Source of the DNA: a bacterium
Lineage (GTDB): Bacteria; Patescibacteriota; Patescibacteriia; Patescibacteriales; GWC2-42-12
DNA: 48,853 nt
Direction: 5' to 3'
Assembly: GCA_030655095.1 (NCBI GenBank)
Contig: JAURWF010000062.1
Span: forward strand, 1-48,853
Below are positions 9,427 to 18,664 of this stretch, piece after piece. The number at the start of each line of letters is the position of its first letter. Position 1 is the stretch's first letter. The position numbers and the translations under genes are program-made. Below the pieces are notes generated by a model. That model saw only the letters and a list, made by a program, of their open reading frames with translations. It did no database searches and was not told the origin of the DNA.

Positions 9427-10611
9427 TTATACTTGATTTATAATATTTTGCAATAATCCAGCATTTTTAATAACATTATGATTTTTATAAAAAAGTTTTG
9501 TGGCGTTTTTAATTAATGTTTTAGAGTATTGAATATCAAGTAACAATTTTTTAATGCTTTTTTGTAATAATTCAATGTTTTCCTCTTCAACAACATGAGC
9601 AAAATTATATTGATGAGCGTATTGGCTAATATAAGCATAATCAGGTGCATGAATTAATATTGGTCTCCCAGTAATTAAATAATCAGTCAGCTTTCCTGGG
9701 CTTGCCGTTTTAATTATATCAGGAGCAGAAGTGTCCCATGATAAAGGTAAAAATAAAATATCAGCCTTGCTTTGAATTTGTGGCATTTCTTCTTGAGGAG
9801 CGCTTTTAAATTCAATTTTTTTGTGCGATTTAAATTCTTCAATAAAATCGTTCGGAGGGCTTGGCACATATAACGCAAATTTTACATCAATGTCATTTAT
9901 TTTATCTATTGCTTTAATTAAATTTCTAATACTTTGTTTTTGAGGCCAATATATGTGACCAGTAAATAATATAGTATATGGTGGTAATGGGCTGTAATTA
10001 GTTTGGTATTGTTCATAAGACGTGTTAAATGCAGAATTATGGATTACTTTAATTGAAATTTTATTTTTGTATTGTTCTATATAATATTTTTTTGTTCCTT
10101 CGTTAGTTACGATTATTTGAGAAGCAGATTTAAATAAAATTGGCTCAAAAAAAATTGAAAACATTTTTCCTAGTCCAAAAAATTTATTTCCCCTATAAAG
10201 ATCAAATAAAAAGAGTATATATGGCTTTCTTGTTAATTTGGAAAGTATAAATGTTAGTAGAAAAGAAAATCCACCATCAGATATTCCCATTAAAATATCA
10301 ATTTTATTATTTTTAATTATTTTTTTTCCTTTTATTATGGCCAGTAATATTTTTAAAAATTTAAAGCCCATATTTTTTTTAGTAAAAGAAAAAACATTAT
10401 TAAAGAAAAAGTATTTGCAAGGCAATTTTGAGCCAGTATGTTTTGTATCTTTTGTAGTATTTATTTGATCAGTTAGAAAAAAATAGTCATTAGATTGAAT
10501 ATTAATAAATAAATTATATAAAAATTGAGGCCCTCCAATTGCGGGAGGCGCCCATTGTGATAAAAGAAGTAATTTTTTATTTAGTTTTAATAAATTCTTC
10601 ATATATTTCAA
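9427..10611 (-). CDS. GT-B fold (GT4-like) glycosyltransferase
   Basis: PP..GG N-terminus, FTG.IY, ADILFLP, SPGKLTDYL..GRPIL. Confidence 0.8.
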   Translation of the reverse strand: MKYMKNLLKLNKKLLLLSQWAPPAIGGPQFLYNLFINIQSNDYFFLTDQINTTKDTKHTGSKLPCKYFFFNNVFSFTKKNMGFKFLKILLAIIKGKKIIKNNKIDILMGISDGGFSFLLTFILSKLTRKPYILFLFDLYRGNKFFGLGKMFSIFFEPILFKSASQIIVTNEGTKKYYIEQYKNKISIKVIHNSAFNTSYEQYQTNYSPLPPYTILFTGHIYWPQKQSIRNLIKAIDKINDIDVKFALYVPSPPNDFIEEFKSHKKIEFKSAPQEEMPQIQSKADILFLPLSWDTSAPDIIKTASPGKLTDYLITGRPILIHAPDYAYISQYAHQYNFAHVVEEENIELLQKSIKKLLLDIQYSKTLIKNATKLFYKNHNVIKNAGLLQNIINQV

Positions 10612-11820
10612 TAAATTTATATTTTAAATTATTGCTTTGAAATTTTAACGAAGTCTGATAAGCAGCTTTTCCCATTTTTTTTCTTAATTTTGAATTACTC
10701 AATAAAATATCTATTTTTTCAACTAATTGATTTAAATGGTCTGGGGATATGATAAAAGCTTCTTTATTATTTTTAATATACTCTGTGATGCCAATATTTT
10801 TAGTGCAAATAAAAGGTTTTCCTGCACTCATTGCCTCTAAACACGCCATAGAAAAACTATCGATAATACTAGGATGAACTAAAAAATCACAAATTGTATA
10901 ATATGACATAATTTCATGTGGAGCTACTTCACCAACGATGTAAACTTGATTTTTTAGTCTATTGTCTTTAATAATTTTTTTATAAAACTGTTCTAATTCT
11001 CCACGTCCTATAATTAAAAGAACAAACGAATCTTGATGTTTTTTTAATTTTGTAATAGCGTAAATTATTTGTTCAATTTTTTTTGCTTCTGTAAAAAACC
11101 CAACTGTTAAAATAACTTTTTTATTTTTAATAATATTTTTCCATTTTTCGGGGAGCTGTCCAACTTTTTTTTATTAATAATATTTGGTATAATTTCATAA
11201 TTTTTTATAGATAAGCCATTTTTTTGATATGAATTTAGAGAGATTTTTGATACAGCTAAAATCTTATCTGCTTTGTTTAAATTTTTAATAATAAGTCCCA
11301 TTATTTTCTCCCCCCATCCCAATTTATGATATTCATAAATTCCATGGATTGTAATAATTGATGGCACGTCTAACTGGCGTCCGATATATCCAGCTTCATC
11401 ACCAATATAACTTTCATGTCCATGGATTAAGAGGAAATTATATTTTTTATGTAATTTTTGAGCCAATTTTAATATTTTTTTTCTTATTAATAGTTTATTA
11501 ATATAAGCTACTGTTGATGATTTTAGAATTCCTAATTTGCGACAGATTAATAAAAAAAAAGAATATTGTCTTATATAATATATATTTACATTATCTTGTT
11601 GTTTTGATATTTGTTTTTTTATACTAAAACCAAAAAAACGTGGCACAATTATAATAAAATTATATTTTTTTTTCAATGCTTGAATTTGATTAACAACAAA
11701 AGCCCCTATAAAAGAATCACTATCGTAAGGGAAAAGTTCAGTAATTATTAATACGGTTGGTTTTAATGGATTATTTTGCATTTTTAAATATTTTAGACTT
11801 AAGTTGATTTTTGAGGGCAT
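10577..11820 (-). pseudogene. GT4 glycosyltransferase split by a -1 frameshift (N-terminal ORF 11107..11820; C-terminal frame open from the A8 tract at 11165-11172 to 10577)
   Basis: The second frame reads KVGQLPEKWKNIIKNKKVILTVGFFTEAKKIEQII...IIGRGEL...VHPSIIDSFSMACLEAMSAGKP, a complete GT4 C-terminal domain. Confidence 0.85.
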
Positions 11821-11859
11821 GAAAATTGGATTTTTTGATATATTAAATAAAATATAAAC

Positions 11860-14592
11860 TTAATCTTTTGTTATTTTAAGTAAAATTTTTTGTATAATTT
11901 TTCTTATTTTTTTAACAATATTTATAAGTTTTAATTTTTTTAAAAGGGTATATATTAATGTGTATGTTGAATTTGTAATATCTAAATTCTCACGACCGAT
12001 AATTTTTTTTAAAATCTTCTTCCTGATATAAATTTCCAATTTATATTTCCAATATAAATTATTATTTTTTGAAAAAGATTTTTTGTTATTTAAAGTTTGA
12101 ATATTAATATCTAAAATAACATTTTGAAGCAATCTGTGCCATTTTTTTAAAGAGTCTTGAATGGTTAATCCTTTTGTTAAAATTAGATCTCTTGGATAAA
12201 ATTTATTTTTTAATATTTTATCGATTCCTAATTTTAAATTATCTCCAAAAACTCCTAATTTAGATTTTTCGTTTTCCGAAAATTCTTTAAAAATTCCGAT
12301 ATTTGGCATAACTAATGGGACATTGCAAAAACAAGCTTCTAATGCGGCTAAACACTGCGTCTCTATTGGCGATCCAATTATAAAAAAATCAGCACAGTTT
12401 AGCAATTCAGATAATAATTTTTGAGTAATTCTATTATAAACTCTAACATTTTTTGCTTCATAGTAATCATTTTTGTGTTTAGATATTAATATCCAAGTAA
12501 TTTGAGGATATGTGTTTATACACTCTTTAATTTTTGACCACCCTTTGGTCTCCGTAAAACTGCCAACAAAAATACCAATTTTTTCATCTCCGAATTTATG
12601 TTTTGTTTTTATTTTATTTTTATCCATTGGTTTGAATAGACTATGATCAATTCCAATCGGAATAATTTCGCAATCGTAATCAGAATAAGCAAGGGCTGTT
12701 TGCATTGAATTTACAACTATTTTATTAGCTATTTTTAAATTAGCTTCTTGATGAATTGATGTTTTTCCCATAGATCTTAAATCGTCTTGCAAAAACATAA
12801 TTGCATATCGACTGCTATCAATAGTTTTGATAAAACTAGCATTTTGAATAATTATTTTAGTATCAACATGATTTTTATTGATATATTCCCTTGCTTTTTG
12901 TTCAAAATTTTTCTCTTCTTTTACTATTTTTTTATCAACACCATAAGCGCCTTGCAGATTTTCAATTAAATAATCCCATAAAACTTTTTCTCCCATTGTG
13001 CCTGTTGTCAAGTCATTACAAATAGCAATTTTTGTATTTTGGTTTTGAATGTTATTAACTTTTTTTTCATCTCGTTCCCCGCATTGGAAGTGATAAACCA
13101 TTGAATTAAATGAAGTTTGATGATTTATATTAATTGTTTTTAATTTTTGTATTAATACATTGTCGCCAGATATTATATTAGTTTCTCCCTTTTCGGCAAT
13201 TTGAGGATTGAAAATATTGCTATTTAATTTTATGTTTCCCTCAGGATAACCTCCTACATTTTCAAAATGCTCTTTTTTAATAAGAAGAGGCATAAATAAG
13301 CCGTTATTTTTTATGCTTTTTTCGCTAATTAATTGGGCATATTGCTGAAACTCAGCTTCTTTATAGGACGAGATATTTTTTCCAAAATTTTTTTCTATTC
13401 CATAATTACCAGCTGATAATTTGCCTGATTCTATTAATCTTGAAGCAATGCAATTGTAGCCGTTATAATTTGAGATTAAATTTTCAAACCAATTCGGGCT
13501 AAAAGCCATATCTGAATTAATAAAAACAATAAAGTCGCCTTTAGCTACTTTTGCTGCATAATTGTATGCTCTATAAACATTATTAATGTACCATTCTTGT
13601 TTTTGTTTATCGGTATTATTAAAAATATAATATGGAATATAGTTATTCTGTAAATAATTGATTACTTCAGGGCAAGCATCATTTGCTATAAAGTAAAATT
13701 CCTTATCATTAAGATTGGTATATTTTAAAATTTGTTCATAAACAAATTTAAGCCAATCAACACTTTTATAAATTAAACAAGCAATTGAATATTTAGGTCT
13801 AAAAACTTTTTCTTTATATTTTTCAACATAGGAAAGGGAGTTTAAAAAATTCATTTTTTGTGGTTTAATTTCATTTTCTTCCCATAAGGCTTTAGGAAAA
13901 AAATTTTGAGAAATCCGCTTTAACTCCAATTTTTCTTCACTTATGAGCCTGTCAAGCATATTATAGCCTCTTTGGCCATGTTTTTTATAAATTAAATATT
14001 TATAAGCTAAAGATTTTTTTGAAGCAAATCCATAATGGATTATTTCTATTTCATAATTTTTTATTATTTTTTTTATAGAGTGCGGATAAAGTCTTTTATG
14101 TAATCCTAATTCAGTTTTTCCGAAATTTAAATAAGGAGTAACTCGCCATAATCTAACAAACCAACCTTCGTTGTACAGACTATCTATTCTATGCCAAGTT
14201 TTACTTCTCCATAAATTTATCTCATGCAAGCTAATCCCGTCCATATTTTTATCAATACATTGTTGACATATTTTTTGTAATTGTTCTTCTGCATTAATAG
14301 TTAGAATTTCATCTGCATCAAGCCATAAAATAAAATTGGGATTCATTTTGAGAGCTTTTTCAAGCATTATATTTTTATGATTACCTTCATCTTCAAAGTT
14401 ATTTTGTGAATTACGAATAACATATTTTGTGTGTTTAAGCGCATATTCATAACTACCGTCAGTGCTGCCATCATCATAAATTACAATTGCATCAACAATT
14501 TGTTTTGTATATTCAAAAAAACGTTTTAAATTACCTTTTTCTATCTCATTATATATTTGACAAATACAAATAATAGAATATTGTTTATTCAT
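11860..14592 (-). CDS. Three-domain glycosyltransferase (GT2-like + GT2-like + GT4-like), 910 aa
   Basis: YDDGSTDGS/LDADE; second domain FINSDM..VGGY; third domain IPIGID, FVG...KG, ETQCLAALEA. Confidence 0.8.
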   Translation of the reverse strand: MNKQYSIICICQIYNEIEKGNLKRFFEYTKQIVDAIVIYDDGSTDGSYEYALKHTKYVIRNSQNNFEDEGNHKNIMLEKALKMNPNFILWLDADEILTINAEEQLQKICQQCIDKNMDGISLHEINLWRSKTWHRIDSLYNEGWFVRLWRVTPYLNFGKTELGLHKRLYPHSIKKIIKNYEIEIIHYGFASKKSLAYKYLIYKKHGQRGYNMLDRLISEEKLELKRISQNFFPKALWEENEIKPQKMNFLNSLSYVEKYKEKVFRPKYSIACLIYKSVDWLKFVYEQILKYTNLNDKEFYFIANDACPEVINYLQNNYIPYYIFNNTDKQKQEWYINNVYRAYNYAAKVAKGDFIVFINSDMAFSPNWFENLISNYNGYNCIASRLIESGKLSAGNYGIEKNFGKNISSYKEAEFQQYAQLISEKSIKNNGLFMPLLIKKEHFENVGGYPEGNIKLNSNIFNPQIAEKGETNIISGDNVLIQKLKTININHQTSFNSMVYHFQCGERDEKKVNNIQNQNTKIAICNDLTTGTMGEKVLWDYLIENLQGAYGVDKKIVKEEKNFEQKAREYINKNHVDTKIIIQNASFIKTIDSSRYAIMFLQDDLRSMGKTSIHQEANLKIANKIVVNSMQTALAYSDYDCEIIPIGIDHSLFKPMDKNKIKTKHKFGDEKIGIFVGSFTETKGWSKIKECINTYPQITWILISKHKNDYYEAKNVRVYNRITQKLLSELLNCADFFIIGSPIETQCLAALEACFCNVPLVMPNIGIFKEFSENEKSKLGVFGDNLKLGIDKILKNKFYPRDLILTKGLTIQDSLKKWHRLLQNVILDINIQTLNNKKSFSKNNNLYWKYKLEIYIRKKILKKIIGRENLDITNSTYTLIYTLLKKLKLINIVKKIRKIIQKILLKITKD

Positions 14593-15436
14593 AATAAAAT
14601 AATTTTTTAGTTAATAAATTTATTTTATTTTTGGGAAAACAAATTATATTAACGTCTTGCATTTCAGAATTATCTTTTTTTAACTCTCGTAAATGTTGTT
14701 CATTTATAATAGCAAATTGTTTATATTCTAATTTTTCTAAAAAATAAAAACAATTTTTTGCATTATTTGCGTTAATCATTTTATCTAAAATATTTGAATA
14801 TTCATATTGAATAATTGGTTGAAGTTTTTTTATAGACTCTTTGCCTCCCAATAAAACATTATATTCTGATCCCTCTACATCTATTTTAAGAAAGTCAATT
14901 CTTTTAATCTGATTTTTAAAAAATTCATTATCAATTGTGGATGCTAAAACTATCTCTTCAGAAATTTTATGGATTGGAAACGAGATTAAACTGGATAATC
15001 CACGGTTTTCATTGCCATCTCCATCAATCGCTCTTCTTATATTAAACTTTGTTTGTATTGTCTGATTATTGTTTTGAATAGCAATTGGAAATATTTTAAT
15101 ATTATTTAAATTATTGATTTTAATATTTTTTTCAAATTGAATAAAATTTTCTGGATCCGGCTCAAACGCATATACAAAACCATTTGGAACATGATTCTTT
15201 GCAAATACCAAGCTTAATAATCCTACATTTGCTCCTACGTCAAAAATAACGCCATTTTTAGGAATCAAGTCATTTAAGTTATGCGTGATCCATTCTTCAT
15301 ATATCCCATTTTTTAAAATATGATAATCCAATGCAGAATTTGGAACTATTAAGTACTTAATCCCAAATTTACCTTTTTTTATTATTAATTTTTTTTTAAA
15401 ATATTTTTTAAAAAAATGTTTGACTTTATTCATCAT
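14585..15436 (-). CDS. FkbM family SAM-dependent methyltransferase
   Basis: FDVGANVG, VYAFEP, LKIDVEGSE..VL.G. Confidence 0.9.
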   Translation of the reverse strand: MMNKVKHFFKKYFKKKLIIKKGKFGIKYLIVPNSALDYHILKNGIYEEWITHNLNDLIPKNGVIFDVGANVGLLSLVFAKNHVPNGFVYAFEPDPENFIQFEKNIKINNLNNIKIFPIAIQNNNQTIQTKFNIRRAIDGDGNENRGLSSLISFPIHKISEEIVLASTIDNEFFKNQIKRIDFLKIDVEGSEYNVLLGGKESIKKLQPIIQYEYSNILDKMINANNAKNCFYFLEKLEYKQFAIINEQHLRELKKDNSEMQDVNIICFPKNKINLLTKKLFYYE

Positions 15437-15453
15437 AAAAATATTTCAATTTA

Positions 15454-16029
15454 TCAAAAATATTTAGTTGTGATTATTTTTTTACGACATAATGTAAGCC
15501 CTGGATGAACTGGTATTGTCATCATTTCGTATTTATCCGTATATTTAGATAATTTTTCTATTGCTTTGTAACAATCTCCACAGTAGCCTTTTTGAGTATA
15601 AAATTTATTTTTAGGATAAGTATCGTGAAAAAGAATAATTCCTTGATTAGATATAAAAGGGAAATAATTTTGAAAATCATTTAAAACTGATTCTTTTGAA
15701 TGATTTGCGTCAATAAAAAGTAAATCAACTTTAATGGGATTTTTTTTTAAATACTGTGCATAAGTATTAGCGTCAGAGCAAATAAATTCTGTTTTGCTTA
15801 ATTTTTTTATATATTTTTCTGATTCGAGCGAAATATCAACGCCTATTAGTTTCTCCGCGAAAGGTATCATTTTATTGAATAATTCGCATTTATATAAACC
15901 TAGTTCTAAATATATTTTTGGACGAAGAAGACTGGCTAAATGTATAATAAAATTTTCATGCCAATTTTCTGCCACGCTTCGGTTGTCTTTAATTGATAAT
16001 GAGTTATATAATCTAGAGAAAATATCCAT
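15454..16029 (-). CDS. Class I SAM-dependent methyltransferase (Methyltransf_24-like)
   Basis: YLELG, GVDI, DLLFIDANHS, GIILFHDT. Confidence 0.85.
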   Translation of the reverse strand: MDIFSRLYNSLSIKDNRSVAENWHENFIIHLASLLRPKIYLELGLYKCELFNKMIPFAEKLIGVDISLESEKYIKKLSKTEFICSDANTYAQYLKKNPIKVDLLFIDANHSKESVLNDFQNYFPFISNQGIILFHDTYPKNKFYTQKGYCGDCYKAIEKLSKYTDKYEMMTIPVHPGLTLCRKKIITTKYF

Positions 16030-16051
16030 AATTTAAAGATTTTTAAACATA

Positions 16052-17320
16052 CTATGATTTATATAGCCATTCACAGGGATAGATAATGCCATAATTTACA
16101 TTTAAGTCGTTTTGATTTATTGATTGTTGAATAGTAATATTTAATGCTTCAGGAATCCAGTCTGTAATTTCTTTTCCATTACATCCTAGCCCAATAATAT
16201 ATTGACCAGGTACTAAAAAATTATTATTAAATATAATTTTAAATATAATTTTACCTTTTTTATATGATTTAGGTAAATTATAATCTTTATTAAATGAATT
16301 AAATAAAGGATACCCTAATGATGAATTAATACTAAAGCCAACTAATAAGTTGTCAACGCTATTTTCTAAATAACCTTCTATAATTAAAGAAAATTTTTCT
16401 TTAAAATTAATTTGCGAGGATATTTTTCCATTAGAATTGATGATTGAGCAATGTGTAAATCTGAATAAACTATTTTCCGAAGAATTTTTCCTTAATTTAA
16501 AATCGCTTAAATCTATAAAACCTTCAGAATCTATGAATTGTTTTGATGTGTATGTAGATATTATTTTTTTAGTTTCTCCAATCATTATAATTTTTCCTCT
16601 CTGTAATAAAATACATTTTTTGCATAAATTTTGAATTGCTTCCATATTATGGCTGACAAACAAAATCGTCCTCCCGTCTTTGTTAGTAATCTCATTCATC
16701 TTCCCTAAACACTTTTTTTGAAACTCAGCGTCGCCGACAGCTAAAACTTCATCAATAATTAAAATATCAGGTTCCAAATGAGCTGCTACCGCAAAAGCCA
16801 AACGCACGCTCATTCCAGAAGAATAATATTTAACAGGAGTGTCTAAAAATTTTTCTACTCCTGAAAATTTTACTATATCATTAAATCTATCACTAATTTC
16901 TTTTTTTGTCATTCCCAAAATTGCTCCGTTTAAAAATATATTTTCTCGTCCTGTTAATTCGGGGTGAAATCCAGTGCCTACTTCTAATAAAGAAGCTACT
17001 TTGCCTCGCATTATTACTTCGCCAGTAGTTGGAGGAGTAATGCCAGTTAAAATTTTTAGCAAAGTTGATTTGCCTGCTCCATTAGCACCAATAATGCCGA
17101 CAGCTTCGCCTTTTTCAACAGTAAAATTAACATCTTTCAGCGCCCAAAATTCTTCTTTTGTTTCAAGCCCAACAATCTGTTTTGCTTTGTGTTTAGCAAA
17201 CTGAAAAGGATTTTTAAAAACATTTGTCAAAACATCGCGCAACGCGACATACCCGCCTTGTTGATGGGCGATGTTATATTTTTTACCTAAATTTTTTACT
17301 TCAATAATAGAGTTACGCAT
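16052..17320 (-). CDS. wzt: Polysaccharide ABC exporter ATP-binding subunit with C-terminal carbohydrate-binding domain
   Basis: GANGAGKST, YSSGM..RLAF, IIDEVLAVGD; ~160-aa C-terminal extension. Confidence 0.92.
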   Translation of the reverse strand: MRNSIIEVKNLGKKYNIAHQQGGYVALRDVLTNVFKNPFQFAKHKAKQIVGLETKEEFWALKDVNFTVEKGEAVGIIGANGAGKSTLLKILTGITPPTTGEVIMRGKVASLLEVGTGFHPELTGRENIFLNGAILGMTKKEISDRFNDIVKFSGVEKFLDTPVKYYSSGMSVRLAFAVAAHLEPDILIIDEVLAVGDAEFQKKCLGKMNEITNKDGRTILFVSHNMEAIQNLCKKCILLQRGKIIMIGETKKIISTYTSKQFIDSEGFIDLSDFKLRKNSSENSLFRFTHCSIINSNGKISSQINFKEKFSLIIEGYLENSVDNLLVGFSINSSLGYPLFNSFNKDYNLPKSYKKGKIIFKIIFNNNFLVPGQYIIGLGCNGKEITDWIPEALNITIQQSINQNDLNVNYGIIYPCEWLYKS

Positions 17321-17351
17321 ACTAATATACGAATGTTACGAATTATACGGA
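17313..17351. repeat. Short tandem array downstream of GxxExxY (ATTCGTA/ATTAGTA units in gene sense)
   Basis: Minus strand reads tccgtat aattcgtaa cattcgtat attagtat gcgtaa, overlapping the GxxExxY stop and the wzt start. Confidence 0.65.
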
Positions 17352-17725
17352 TCAATACGAATAATTCTTATGGGTTTTAGATATCTGTTTCGAAAATTAA
17401 CAAGTAAACCGAGTTTTATTTGGGTCTGCTGGAGATAATTCTGGATTTGGCGGTAATTTTCTTTTGTGAGCATTCTTGTATTTTTTAATTCCAATATTAT
17501 TTTATTTTCAACAATAAAATCTAAAATATTTCCTGAGTTTGAAATAGAAACCTCGCGTTTGTAAAGCATTTTCATTTCGTTAAATTTTTTCTCAATTAAA
17601 TCACCATATTGTTTTTCTCTTGCGTATTGTCCTAATTCGTTATGAACAGCAAAAAGTATTCCCGTAATAGTATAAGAAAGTTCGGGATATATAATTTTAT
17701 TTTTTGTATTTATATTCGTATCCAT
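17336..17725 (-). CDS. GxxExxY family protein (PD-(D/E)XK nuclease-like)
   Basis: ELSY.I.G..F.VHNELG...EKQY, LDFIVE.KIILELK, Q...YL, LGLLVNF. Confidence 0.88.
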   Translation of the reverse strand: MDTNINTKNKIIYPELSYTITGILFAVHNELGQYAREKQYGDLIEKKFNEMKMLYKREVSISNSGNILDFIVENKIILELKNTRMLTKENYRQIQNYLQQTQIKLGLLVNFRNRYLKPIRIIRIDPYNS

Positions 17726-17757
17726 TAGTATATTAGTATAATTCGCATATTTGTATG
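17704..17757. repeat. Short tandem array upstream of GxxExxY (TACGAAT/TACTAAT units in gene sense), inverted relative to the downstream array
   Basis: Minus strand reads catacaaat atgcgaat tatactaat atactaat ggatacgaat ataaatac. Confidence 0.7.
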
Positions 17758-17762
17758 TTTAT

Positions 17763-18578
17763 CTATATTATATCAGCAAAATATCTTTCTGTTTTTTTAA
17801 AATATATTACTCCAATTATAAAAAGAATTAAAGTAGTGATAAATGAAATTCCAAGAAGTTGCCAGTTGATTGGAGTATTGCCAAACATTGCTGCGTGCGC
17901 TGCTTTGATGACGCCTGTCATAGGGTTTAATGCTAATATCCATGAATATTTTCCAGCAATGCTGGCTGGATAAATTACTGGAGTAACAAACATTAATGTT
18001 TGAATAAAAAATGGCAGGATATAGCGGACATCGCGATATTTAACATTAACAGCAGCTAAGAAAAGCCCTCCGCCAACAGCGGCTAAAAAAGATATAAATA
18101 GTAATAATGGGAGAATTAATAATCCGATTAGATTGGGCGCATAGCCATAATAAATCATCATTCCGACTAAAATTATGGAAGCTATAAAAAAATCTACTAG
18201 TTTTGTAAGTACTGCTGATATTGGCAGGATTAGTCTAGGGAAATATACTTTAGTAATAATCGCTTGATTAGTAATTAAACAGTTGCTGGTTTCTGTTAAA
18301 GCTCCAGAAAAAAATTGCCAAATTAATAGTCCGACATAAACAAAAATAGGGTAGGGGATTCCATCAGATGGCATTTTCGCAAAATTACCAAAAAAGATTG
18401 AGAAAACAATCATTGTAGTGAAAGGTTGAAATAGTGCCCATGCAACACCAATAGCGGTTTGTTTATATCTAACTTTTAAATCACGCCAAGTAAAAAAATA
18501 CATAAGCTCGCGATATTGCCAGAGTTCTTTTATGTCACTCCAAGAAAATGTTTTTTTTGGACGAATTATTGTTTCCAT
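17763..18578 (-). CDS. wzm: Polysaccharide ABC exporter permease
   Basis: RDLKVRYKQT..G..W...QP, KVYFPR, YRD, TPVIYP, LNPM; multiple TM segments. Confidence 0.92.
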   Translation of the reverse strand: METIIRPKKTFSWSDIKELWQYRELMYFFTWRDLKVRYKQTAIGVAWALFQPFTTMIVFSIFFGNFAKMPSDGIPYPIFVYVGLLIWQFFSGALTETSNCLITNQAIITKVYFPRLILPISAVLTKLVDFFIASIILVGMMIYYGYAPNLIGLLILPLLLFISFLAAVGGGLFLAAVNVKYRDVRYILPFFIQTLMFVTPVIYPASIAGKYSWILALNPMTGVIKAAHAAMFGNTPINWQLLGISFITTLILFIIGVIYFKKTERYFADII

Positions 18579-18650
18579 AAAAATTCAGCTAAATTAAGAT
18601 CCATTTTGTCCAGTAATACCAGTTATAAGCGCTTTTTTTATTTTTTTCAT
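18579..18650 (-). pseudogene. gmd: 5' stub of GDP-mannose 4,6-dehydratase
   Basis: Reads MKKIKKALITGITGQNGS* and then, after a 1-nt insertion, LAEFL. This matches the Gmd N-terminus ALITGITGQDGSYLAEFL and abuts the wzm ATG. Confidence 0.8.
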
Positions 18651-18664
18651 ATTTTTATTATTAA

